Of a stretch of 64,000 nt of DNA, positions 17,360 to 25,490 are shown piece after piece. The DNA comes from an uncultured Erysipelotrichaceae bacterium (GTDB lineage Bacteria; Bacillota_I; Bacilli_A; Erysipelotrichales; Erysipelotrichaceae). Position 1 is the first letter of the stretch. The number at the start of each line of letters is the position of its first letter. Made by a program: the position numbers and the translations under genes. The notes under the pieces were generated by a model, which did not search any database, was not told the DNA's origin, and saw only the letters and a program-made list of their open reading frames with translations. The stretch spans positions 4,247 through 68,246 of the forward strand of contig CALVGN010000040.1 of the NCBI GenBank assembly GCA_944327105.1, in the 5' to 3' direction.

Positions 17360-18913
17360 TTACTTCGCTATCTCACACGCTCTGGTTTCACGGATGACAA
17401 CCACTTTGATCTGACCCGGATAGGTCATCGTCGACTCGATTTTGTCACGGATATCCATAGCTACTTTATCGATCTTGTCATCCCCGACTTTATCTGGAAC
17501 GACCATGACACGTACTTCACGTCCGGCCTGAATGGCAAACGCCTTGTCCACACCATCGAACCCTTTGGCAACCTTTTCCAATTCCTCGATCCGGTTGATG
17601 TAATTTTCCATCGTTTCATTTCGTGCGCCCGGACGAGCAGCTGACAGTGCATCCGCCGCTGCAACCAGATTGGCAATCAGATACTTGGCTTCCACATTGC
17701 CGTGGTGGCTTTCGATCGCATTGATGACAACATCGTTTTCACCATATTTTTTAGCGACTTTGACTCCCAGATCCACATGACTTCCATCCTGTTCAAAATC
17801 GATGGATTTACCAATGTCGTGCAGCAAGCCGGCACGTTTGGCCAAATTCTGATCCAAGCCGAGCTCAGCTGCCATCATTCCGGCAAAATATGCCACTTCC
17901 ATGGAATGCTGCAATACATTCTGACCATAAGAATAACGATATCTCAACCGACCGAGCAATCGGATGATTTCACGCGGCATACGACCGATTCCAAGTTTGA
18001 AGACTGCTTCCTCACCATACTTGCGGAAAGAATTCTCCATTTCTTTTTTGACTTTGTTGACCACTTCTTCAATGCGCTGTGGTTGGATACGACCGTCACT
18101 GATCAAAATCTTCAATGCCTGTCGCGCCACTTCACGGCGGATCGGGTCAAAGCAGGAAATCGTAAAACTTTCCGGTGTATCATCGATCAGTACTTCAACA
18201 CCGGTCGCTTGTTCGATCGCCTTGATATTGCGCCCTTCACGGCCGATGATGCGTCCTTTCATTTCCTCATTTGGTATATCAACGACGGAAATGGTATTCG
18301 AAATCACTTCATCCTGAGAATAACGCTGAATCGTTGTCGCGATGATTTCACGCGCATTTTCCTGTGCTTTTTCAGCAGCCAGTTCCTGCTGCTCGTGAAT
18401 ATATGCACTGACTTCGGCTTCCATCTTTTTGGAAACTTTGTCCATCAATTCATCATGTGCCTGCGTCTGTGTCATTTTGGCGGTATTTTCCAAAACAACA
18501 ATCTGCGCATCGATCTTCTCCTGAAGATCCTGTTTCATCTTATCCAGATTGGCCAAACGTTCATTTACCGCATTGCGCTGTTTGTCCAGCTCGGTTTCCT
18601 TCTTGGCCAAATTGGTTTCACGGAATGACAGATTGTCCTCACGTCGAGCAAGCTTCGATTCCGTCTCGGCAACTGAAGTCTGTAACTGTTTGATTTCTTT
18701 TTCGGCCTGCAGTCTATATTCATAGACCTGTTGTTTGCCATCTAATATTGCCTGACGGAGCATGCTGTCACTTTTGGCGTTGGCATCATCCAGCAAAATT
18801 TTTGCCTGGTTTTTTGCCCGATTCATGCCTAGTACTCCGAGAATAACCATTGCAGCTATACCGACTGCAAATCCTCCAATTCCGGATAAGATGAGGGGTA
18901 ACATGTTTTCCAT
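17360..18913 (-). CDS. rny: ribonuclease Y
   Basis: 517-aa ORF with an N-terminal TM, a coiled coil, a KH domain (GRIIGREGRNIKAIE) and an HD domain (LLHDIGK). Confidence 0.93.
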   Translation of the reverse strand: MENMLPLILSGIGGFAVGIAAMVILGVLGMNRAKNQAKILLDDANAKSDSMLRQAILDGKQQVYEYRLQAEKEIKQLQTSVAETESKLARREDNLSFRETNLAKKETELDKQRNAVNERLANLDKMKQDLQEKIDAQIVVLENTAKMTQTQAHDELMDKVSKKMEAEVSAYIHEQQELAAEKAQENAREIIATTIQRYSQDEVISNTISVVDIPNEEMKGRIIGREGRNIKAIEQATGVEVLIDDTPESFTISCFDPIRREVARQALKILISDGRIQPQRIEEVVNKVKKEMENSFRKYGEEAVFKLGIGRMPREIIRLLGRLRYRYSYGQNVLQHSMEVAYFAGMMAAELGLDQNLAKRAGLLHDIGKSIDFEQDGSHVDLGVKVAKKYGENDVVINAIESHHGNVEAKYLIANLVAAADALSAARPGARNETMENYINRIEELEKVAKGFDGVDKAFAIQAGREVRVMVVPDKVGDDKIDKVAMDIRDKIESTMTYPGQIKVVVIRETRACEIAK

Positions 18914-19110
18914 ATGTAGTCCTCCATCTATCTGAATCAGTTAAAATTTATTAACCTGATTTATTTTAGCACAAAGCAATGACATGAGCCATTCCAAATC
19001 GTACACACTTGCTTTAGTGGTACAGATGTTTAAAATGCGAATGGGGAAAAACCTAATTTTAAATTTCTAATAGACTTTTTAAAAAGTTTTGATAACATAT
19101 TAGACGTTCT

Positions 19111-19187
19111 CAGTATGTAGCTCAGCTTGGTAGAGCGCTCGGTTCGGGTCCGAGAGATCGCAGGTTCAAATCCTGTCATACTGACCA
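19111..19187 (+). tRNA. tRNA-Pro (anticodon CGG)
   Basis: Hand-folded cloverleaf. Acceptor stem cagtatg/catactg, U8, D-stem gctc/gagc, anticodon stem ctcgg/ccgag with loop ttCGGgt (G37), T-stem gcagg/cctgt with loop ttcaaat, discriminator A, and an encoded CCA. Confidence 0.88.
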
Positions 19188-19199
19188 ATTAGCAATTCT

Positions 19200-19216
19200 A
19201 ACACGTGCATACGTGT
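19200..19216 (+). repeat. 17-nt direct repeat (putative attL core)
   Basis: AACACGTGCATACGTGT is identical to 20884-20900. It is itself a 6-bp hairpin (acacgt-gcat-acgtgt). Confidence 0.8.
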
Positions 19217-19223
19217 AGCATAT

Positions 19224-19246
19224 ACGCCCGTTTAAGGGCGTTTTTT
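19224..19246 (+). terminator. short terminator after tRNA-Pro
   Basis: cgccc-gtttaa-gggcg followed by tttttt. Confidence 0.6.
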
Positions 19247-19261
19247 CATGATTGTATGTTT

Positions 19262-20162
19262 AACGGTCGCGTTCATTATATTCAAAAGCAATACCAAAGA
19301 AACAGACCGCAAGTGCAGCTAGGGTACAACAAATATTTCAAAACTATGCCAATAAACCACTGACCGAATTGAAGGCTGAATATGTATTCGAACACCTAAA
19401 TCAATATGTGGATCAAATCTCAAACGATATGATGTTCGCCCTATTATTCTTATAGCAACAGATACATAAAACGGCCATTCTGGATATCGTGATCCACGTC
19501 AACTATGCGGATGTGGTGCCAAAGCCGATCAGCAAGAAAATGATCAAACCTCGTCCGGTAAGACTAACACTGCCACTATGCAGAAGATCATCATTACAAT
19601 AGCCAAACATCGTGGTTACAACAAAAAAAAGCGTACGACCATCAATCATTCATCTATGCTTTGCTATTGATATACTATCGGTATTTCGCTGGCTGAGTGT
19701 TTAACAATCAAACGCAATGCCATTGGTTTTAATAAACAACCATTTCCATTGGACCGCAGACCGGATCCACGGCATTTGATGCGTTGACCATCGCATTATC
19801 TAAGACAGCACAATCAGTCCGTGAATAACCATTGATTCCGGAAGTTGTACTGATTATAAAAAATCTAATGAAATACTCAAAGTACACCCCACTGTTCTAT
19901 CGCTTCAACGGTCATTCAGGTGTAATCGATGATTCTCGCGGAAAATTGGATGGTGCTGTCACAACTACGGTATTGATTTCAATGCGTACCAATTACGCCA
20001 TCTATTTGCAAAACGGTTAATGGATAAGCGTGTAACCTCAGGACATTTATGGGTCTAATGGGTCACGCATCGTTAGGAAAAAGCATTGGAGAGGATAGAT
20101 CCAGTATGGATGACCGTATGGATGACCGTAGAGAAGCCATAATGAAAAAGACCAATTCCTAG
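19262..20162 (+). pseudogene. tyrosine recombinase (phage integrase family), multiply frameshifted or stopped
   Basis: Fragments in several frames resemble integrase blocks. Examples are ISNDMMFALLFLIATDT*, ...MRTNYAIYLQNG (the HxLRHT..A..L....G block) and LMGHASLGKS (the LLGH.S box). There are many stops. A 12-nt tandem duplication tatggatgaccg x2 lies at 20105-20128. Confidence 0.65.
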
Positions 20163-20536
20163 GATTCTGTTTTACTTAACTTTAAGGTCCGTAACTTTTC
20201 GTATTTAACATCGCTGATCGGGTATACGGTTTTCACCTTCAACATTTTAGATTGGCTCATTCGTACTGCGACGAGTACATTATTATCGAGCTTTTTTATA
20301 AATTCGTATGAGTTATTTTTGCGATCGAAGTCGATGAAATCAGGCCCGGCAACAATTTCATCAATTCTTAACATGGTTTCTGTATATCGACCTTTTACAG
20401 AATAATCATCTTTATGCCGTTCAAAATGAGCGAATCGATCTTCATACAGAATAATCATCTTGCCGACCATTTCCGTTGGTAAGCCATATTTAACTGCATA
20501 TTCTTTTGAAATTTCTAATAAAACACGATACTTCAT
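20159..20536 (-). CDS. hypothetical protein, weak resemblance to PBECR-type (Barnase/EndoU/ColicinE5-D/RelE-like) phage-associated nuclease domains
   Basis: 125 aa counted from the ATG at 20536 (MKYRVLLEISKEY...ILYEDRFAHFERHKDDY...IVAGPDFIDFDRKNNSYEFIKKLDNNVLVAVRMS...VKTVYPIS). The family call rests only on remembered motif spacing. The ORF-track extension to 20614 reads through an RNA hairpin and is rejected. Confidence 0.45.
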   Translation of the reverse strand: MKYRVLLEISKEYAVKYGLPTEMVGKMIILYEDRFAHFERHKDDYSVKGRYTETMLRIDEIVAGPDFIDFDRKNNSYEFIKKLDNNVLVAVRMSQSKMLKVKTVYPISDVKYEKLRTLKLSKTES

Positions 20537-20540
20537 AAAC

Positions 20541-20773
20541 GAAAAAGAACTCCCCTTCGATTGAAGGGGAGTAAAACACAAGATAATGGCGGTGGGGCGG
20601 CAAAACTCCCACATCTCATCAGGATCAACTCCCTACACTTGACACTTACGTGCGTGATAGCCTCCGACTTTCTATCCTCGTCATTATCGAAAAGCACATC
20701 GGCTTAGTGGTGCTTCACCACTACGTGTACTATAACATAAATTCATTCTAGCGATATGACAAAATCGCTACAA
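20541..20773 (-). promoter_or_regulatory. promoter + ~190-nt structured leader + intrinsic terminator upstream of the 20536 ORF
   Basis: Minus-strand TTGTAG (20773-20768), a 17-nt spacer, then TAGAAT (20750-20745). Hairpins include tagtggtg-aag-caccacta. The terminator is actccccttc-aatc-gaaggggagt (20572-20549) followed by tcttttt, ending 5 nt before the ATG. Upstream GGGAGT boxes could pair with ACTCCC to form an antiterminator. Confidence 0.5.
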
Positions 20774-20883
20774 AAATCCCCTAAATTGACGCCTGAATTT
20801 TTTCCCTGTTTTTGAAAAAAACGATAAATACATTGTTTTCGAGCCATCTTCAAACCCTGTCATATTCAACATTTAAACGATCA

Positions 20884-20900
20884 AACACGTGCATACGTGT
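20884..20900 (+). repeat. 17-nt direct repeat (putative attR core)
   Basis: AACACGTGCATACGTGT is identical to 19200-19216. It is also followed by a short hairpin plus T-run (tccctt-aaa-aaggga-cttttg, 20910-20929) and a similar gtttaa(a)c(c)g(g)t stretch. Confidence 0.8.
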
Positions 20901-21143
20901 TACAGAATTTCCCTTAAAAAGGGACTTTTGGTATTTACGTTTAAACCGTTGCATATAGGTTGCAGAAATATTTTCGTGATTCCCCTTATTTTCCTAATTT
21001 TGAAACAAAGGATTTTACAGCAATATGCCACATCAGTATTGTGTCGACACATAAAATCCGCAAGAACCAGTATCATTTTTAGAATGAATAGACATACACG
21101 TCGAAAACGCAGCTAAATCTCAAATATTTCAACATCAACCAAA

Positions 21144-22145
21144 TCAGACTTCTTTATCAAACAATTGATGTTTGACTGCGGTATTGATTTCATCTAGCAC
21201 ATCCGGATTGGCAATTAAAAACGTCTTGGCAGCATCTTTGCCTTGGCCTATTTTTTCACCTTTATAGTTATACCAAGCACCACTTTTATTGATGATATTC
21301 AGCTCGGTTGCCAGGTTGAGAACTTCTGCGACATGCGAGATGCCTTGACCATACATGATTTCAATACTGGCAACTTTAAATGGCGGAGCAACTTTGTTTT
21401 TGACAACTTTGATATTGCATTTGTTACCAATAATGGCAGTTCCGTCTTTGATCGATTCGCTTTTTCGAATATCCAGTCGTACGGACGCATAGAATTTCAA
21501 CGCCCTTCCGCCTGGCGTAGTTTCCGGGTTGCCGAACATCACACCGACTTTTTCCCGCAGTTGATTGATGAAAATGGCCGTACAGTTGTTTTGGTTCATT
21601 GCACCGGATAATTTGCGCATCGCTTTGGACATCAGCCGCGCCTGCAAACCGACCTGATTATCGCTCATTTCACCATCTAACTCTGCCTGGGGAACCAAAG
21701 CAGCCACAGAATCAATCACGATTAGATCAATGGCGCCGCTGCGAACCAGTACTTCACAGATCTCAAGTGCCTGTTCTCCGTTATCCGGTTGTGCCAACAA
21801 CAACTCATCCGTATTGACACCTAAATTTTTGGCATAGACTGGGTCGATGGCATGTTCTGCATCAATAAAAGCACAACGGCCATCCTTGGCTTGACATTGG
21901 GCTATGGCATGCAAGGCTAAAGTGGTTTTACCACTGGATTCTGGGCCGAAGATCTCAATGATTCTTCCCTTGGGATAACCACCGATCCCCAATGCATAAT
22001 CCAGCGCCAAAGAACCGCTGGGTATCGCATCGACATCCACAGCAGCTCGATCTCCCAGTTTCATAATGGCACCTTTGCCATAATCTTTTTCAATTTTTGA
22101 CAGTGCCGCTTCCAGGCGCTGCTGACGTTCTTTCATATCATCCAT
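21144..22145 (-). CDS. recA: recombinase RecA
   Basis: 333-aa ORF with Walker [10 protein letters not shown] and the typical [17 protein letters not shown]-terminus. GGAGGG lies 7 nt upstream. Confidence 0.95.
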   Translation of the reverse strand: MDDMKERQQRLEAALSKIEKDYGKGAIMKLGDRAAVDVDAIPSGSLALDYALGIGGYPKGRIIEIFGPESSGKTTLALHAIAQCQAKDGRCAFIDAEHAIDPVYAKNLGVNTDELLLAQPDNGEQALEICEVLVRSGAIDLIVIDSVAALVPQAELDGEMSDNQVGLQARLMSKAMRKLSGAMNQNNCTAIFINQLREKVGVMFGNPETTPGGRALKFYASVRLDIRKSESIKDGTAIIGNKCNIKVVKNKVAPPFKVASIEIMYGQGISHVAEVLNLATELNIINKSGAWYNYKGEKIGQGKDAAKTFLIANPDVLDEINTAVKHQLFDKEV

Positions 22146-22201
22146 AATTGATCCCTCCGCTTTCTTAAGAGACAGAAGGTCGAGCTTTTGCCAAAAATAA
22201 T

Positions 22202-22795
22202 TTATTTTGATTCAAAAATATATTCCTTCATCTGCTGGAAATAATTGTATCCACTAGCTAAAGAGACCAAGGTGGTGAACCATACCATAAAGACATCGAC
22301 CGGAAGACCATATAGTTCAAAGGGAAGATTGCCGATCATCAATAAAACGATGGTAACGATCTGCAACACCGTTTTCAATTTTCCCAATGAACCGGCGGCA
22401 ACCACAATTCCGTTTTGTGATGCCATCATTCGACAGCCATCAACGATTAAGTCCCGTGCAATCATCAAACAAATGGCAACGACCGGGACTTGCCGATCGG
22501 ATAAAAGCAACAGAAACATCACATCAATGAGCATCTTATCGGCAATAGGGTCCGCAAATTTGCCAAACGTGGTAATGAGTTTGTGTTTGCGGGCAATGTA
22601 GCCGTCCAAAAAATCGGTGAACGAGGCGAAGCAAAATAATGCCAATACGATCAGATCTTTGATGGATAATGTCACGATTCCGATATCAAAACTCATTAAG
22701 TGGATTCCAAATTGAGCATAAGGAAATATATAGACCAATACGATCAACGGCACCATAAGAATGCGCAGAACAGTAAGTCGATTGGGAAGATTCAT
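22202..22795 (-). CDS. pgsA: CDP-diacylglycerol--glycerol-3-phosphate 3-phosphatidyltransferase
   Basis: 197-aa ORF with the CDP-alcohol phosphotransferase motif [29 protein letters not shown] lies upstream. The pgsA-recA neighbourhood is conserved. Confidence 0.9.
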   Translation of the reverse strand: MNLPNRLTVLRILMVPLIVLVYIFPYAQFGIHLMSFDIGIVTLSIKDLIVLALFCFASFTDFLDGYIARKHKLITTFGKFADPIADKMLIDVMFLLLLSDRQVPVVAICLMIARDLIVDGCRMMASQNGIVVAAGSLGKLKTVLQIVTIVLLMIGNLPFELYGLPVDVFMVWFTTLVSLASGYNYFQQMKEYIFESK

Positions 22796-22839
22796 AAACA
22801 GCCTCCATATGGTTCAACCATAGATAAATGCATTATACA

Positions 22840-22957
22840 ATAAAAAAGATCCTTTATTTCAGGATCTGGTTACTCACAAACAACACTGGACAACTTAGGG
22901 GTATTGCCCATTCAGGTCATACGGTACTTGACCTTTTTGTTTGTGGTTAGTACTATA
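22840..22957 (-). ncRNA. candidate ~100-nt small RNA or terminated 5' leader upstream of pgsA
   Basis: Minus-strand extended -10 TGcTATAGT (-10 hexamer at 22957-22952). A closing helix pairs cacaaacaa with ttgtttgtg. Inner hairpins are ggtca-agtaccgta-tgacc and ggg-caata-ccc. The terminator is agatcct-gaaataa-aggatct followed by tttttt (22867-22842). I recognise no family. Confidence 0.4.
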
Positions 22958-23164
22958 GCACACATTTGTTAAAAGATTGTAAAAAATTTGAGAAATAAAG
23001 CACAAGTTTTTTTAAATATGAAACAACGACTGATCGGTTCTGTGAGTAGACCGTCCTTATGTTTTTTAAAGAAGATTCACACACCTTCACATTATGTTTT
23101 TAGTTCGAGATGGTACAATCACTGCATTCGATAAATTAAAAAATCAAAGGATCTAAAGAAAGAT

Positions 23165-24781
23165 ATGAGTTTTATCAAGCGTCACGTCAAAATCATCGTT
23201 GCACTTGGCGTTATTGCCGCCGGTGCATTTGTTTATTTCAATTTCTTTCATCAAAGTCTTCCGAAAAATGATGAAATCGTTTTACCTGTACGGACGATCA
23301 CTTTGGAAAAAAGTGATTTCAACACCACCGTTACCGTTGACGGACATGTCGAAAGCCAGGATGTCAGTACTGTCAGTTCCACAGTAACCGGTGCCAAAGT
23401 GGTTTCTGTCAATGTCGCAGTTGGTGATACTGTCCAGAAAGGGGATGTCATTGCCGTATTGGACAGTGAAATGATTGATGATCAGATCGAAAAAGAAAAG
23501 GAAAACATCGCCAATCAAATCGAAACGGCCCAGGAAGCATATGACAATGCCGTATTGGTCAAAGACCGCAACTGGGGGACGTTTGATCAAGCCAGACAGG
23601 CCATGGAAACGGCATGTGATGAAAGTACCATCAATGCCATCGAAAGTGCTCAAGCTGCAAAAATGGCTGAATTGATTCCTTATCAAACGGACGTAGAAAT
23701 GAAAAAAAACACAATGGACGCTGCATATAATGAATTACAGCAGTGCATTTTAAATTCACCTACACCCACCGAAGACTCCATTACATCACCAGATGACACA
23801 ACAGAAACCGAAAACGATGATTTGACGCTTTCACAAAATACAATGCCACCTGAGAATACTTGTGTCGAGGAAAACAAAGCATATGAAACAGCCGCTAAAC
23901 AGTATAGTGATGCATTGGCCCTGCTGACCCAAATGAACGAATCTGGTCTTTACAGCCCTTCCAATTCTGCACAAGCCGCTTGTGACAGTGCTACTGCCAG
24001 TTTCAATCAGATCGATTACCAACAACAGACATTGGAAGCCAATGTTACTGCCACACGAGATCGACTGGAAGAATTGCAATCCGGTACCTCCGATACATTG
24101 GAAAGTCTGTATGAGCAGAAAAATGATTACACCATCAAAGCCAATGCATCAGGCAAAATCACTGCACTTAATGCAACGGTCGGATCCATTGCAAGTGGCG
24201 CTATCGCCACGATCCAGAATCTGGATGCATTGCAAATCAACTGCAATATCCAAGAATATGATATTCAAAAAATACAGATTGGTATGGAAGCCATCGTTAC
24301 TTCCGATGCCAACGATCAGCAATACCATGGAACGGTCACGGCCATATCGGCGACCAGTAGCGAAAGTGCTCAACAAGCCACATCTTCCCTTGGTTCCACC
24401 ATGGCAGCTTCTGGTTCCGTCACTTTTCCTGTTACCATTACCTTGGATCCAGACAGTGATCTTTTGATCGGTATGAATGCCAAAGTGGAGATCATACTGG
24501 ATAGTATCCATGATGTTTATACCGTACCCATTGATGCCACAACCACCGATGAAAATGGTTCAACCATTATCTATGTTCAAAATGAAACAGGTGAATTCGA
24601 ACCATTGGTGGTTCAAACCGGCAAAGCCAATGATTATTCCATCGTCATTGAATCAAACCAGTTGTGTGAAGGCATGATCATCAAAGCATTTGCCATCGAT
24701 CCACTGGATCCAAATACCGCCACCTATCAACTGGTCGATCTTAATGATGATCCTGCATCCACTGGTACCGACCATGAATAA
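23165..24781 (+). CDS. HlyD/MacA-family efflux adaptor (membrane fusion protein), unusually long
   Basis: 538-aa ORF with an N-terminal TM and a lipoyl-like motif (GDTVQKGDVIAVLDS). It has long coiled-coil and low-complexity inserts and beta-barrel C-terminal domains. It is followed by a MacB-type ATPase and permease. Confidence 0.8.
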   Translation: MSFIKRHVKIIVALGVIAAGAFVYFNFFHQSLPKNDEIVLPVRTITLEKSDFNTTVTVDGHVESQDVSTVSSTVTGAKVVSVNVAVGDTVQKGDVIAVLDSEMIDDQIEKEKENIANQIETAQEAYDNAVLVKDRNWGTFDQARQAMETACDESTINAIESAQAAKMAELIPYQTDVEMKKNTMDAAYNELQQCILNSPTPTEDSITSPDDTTETENDDLTLSQNTMPPENTCVEENKAYETAAKQYSDALALLTQMNESGLYSPSNSAQAACDSATASFNQIDYQQQTLEANVTATRDRLEELQSGTSDTLESLYEQKNDYTIKANASGKITALNATVGSIASGAIATIQNLDALQINCNIQEYDIQKIQIGMEAIVTSDANDQQYHGTVTAISATSSESAQQATSSLGSTMAASGSVTFPVTITLDPDSDLLIGMNAKVEIILDSIHDVYTVPIDATTTDENGSTIIYVQNETGEFEPLVVQTGKANDYSIVIESNQLCEGMIIKAFAIDPLDPNTATYQLVDLNDDPASTGTDHE

Positions 24782-25490
24782 ACCCATTATTGAAATGAAA
24801 GGGATCGTCAAAACCTACAACCTGGGTAAACCCAATGAATTGGAAATTCTTCATGGGATCGATTTAACGGTCGATGCCGGTGAATTTGTCGCCATTGTCG
24901 GTGAATCCGGATCCGGAAAATCCACATTGATGAATATCATTGGCTGCCTTGATCGGCCCACCCATGGTCAATACCATCTGGATGGATTGGATATCTCCAC
25001 CGCTAATGCCAGACAACTGGCTTCGATCCGCAATCAAAAAATCGGTTTTGTCTTTCAAACATTCAATCTCATTGGTCGCACCACCGCATTGAAAAACGTG
25101 GAACTTCCCATGCTTTATGCCCACATCCCCCAGGCCAAACGCACGCAACGCGCCAAACAATTATTGGAAATGGTGGGCATGAAAGATCGCATGAAACATC
25201 AGCCCAATGAACTATCTGGTGGTCAAAAACAACGGGTAGCCATCGCCAGAGCGATGGCCAATCACCCTGCCATCTTGCTGGCTGACGAACCCACGGGTGC
25301 ACTGGATTCTGCCACCAGCCGAACGGTGATGGATCTTTTCCATCAATTGCATCGCCAGCAACATATGACCATCGTATTGATCACTCACTCCCAAGCACTC
25401 AGTGAAGAAGCCCAACGCATCCTCACATTAAGTGATGGAAAAATCATCCACGAACGTAAAGGCAGCAAGGCAGGTGAGCTGAATGGATAA
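24774..25490 (+). CDS. ABC transporter ATP-binding protein (MacB/YknY-type)
   Basis: Begins MNKPIIEMKGIVKTY, with Walker A GESGSGKST, signature LSGGQKQR and Walker B LLADEP. The start overlaps the adaptor stop (ATGAATAA). Confidence 0.9.
   Translation: MNKPIIEMKGIVKTYNLGKPNELEILHGIDLTVDAGEFVAIVGESGSGKSTLMNIIGCLDRPTHGQYHLDGLDISTANARQLASIRNQKIGFVFQTFNLIGRTTALKNVELPMLYAHIPQAKRTQRAKQLLEMVGMKDRMKHQPNELSGGQKQRVAIARAMANHPAILLADEPTGALDSATSRTVMDLFHQLHRQQHMTIVLITHSQALSEEAQRILTLSDGKIIHERKGSKAGELNG

Larger units (their letters stand above)
19200..20900 (+). mobile_element. decayed integrative-element remnant next to tRNA-Pro
   Basis: Bounded by identical 17-nt direct repeats. It contains a multiply disrupted tyrosine-integrase gene and one intact ORF. 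Confidence 0.6.

Noticed and set aside
17702-18628. 308-aa plus-strand ORF inside rny.
   Set aside because: It is antisense to RNase Y, which has unmistakable KH and HD motifs. The same reasoning applies to 29198-29893 (antisense to rqcH), 44380-44940 (antisense to rpe), 45126-45845 and 46314-46847 (antisense to prkC), and 23282-23686 (antisense to the HlyD adaptor).
20590-20625. CUGAUGAG (hammerhead ribozyme core-like octamer) in the minus-strand leader RNA.
   Set aside because: No correctly placed GAAA box or helix II/III arrangement could be drawn. One or two chance octamer matches are expected in 128 kb of two-strand sequence.
20541-20745. Classical type III (ToxI-like) antitoxin repeats upstream of the orphan ORF.
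   Set aside because: The RNA contains no tandem direct repeats. There are only three dispersed GGGAGT boxes. The type III analogy is kept only as an architectural hypothesis.
19188-21143. Absence of the palindrome from the island remnant as proof of foreign origin.
   Set aside because: The motif-free stretch (16982-21921) also covers the core genes rny and most of recA. Only about 3 copies would be expected in 2 kb. The observation is too weak to use as evidence.
22840-22957. Small SRP (4.5S) RNA or 6S RNA.
   Set aside because: The conserved SRP domain IV elements (GGAA-type tetraloop with flanking AGCA and UCAGG motifs) are absent. The element is also far too short for 6S RNA.
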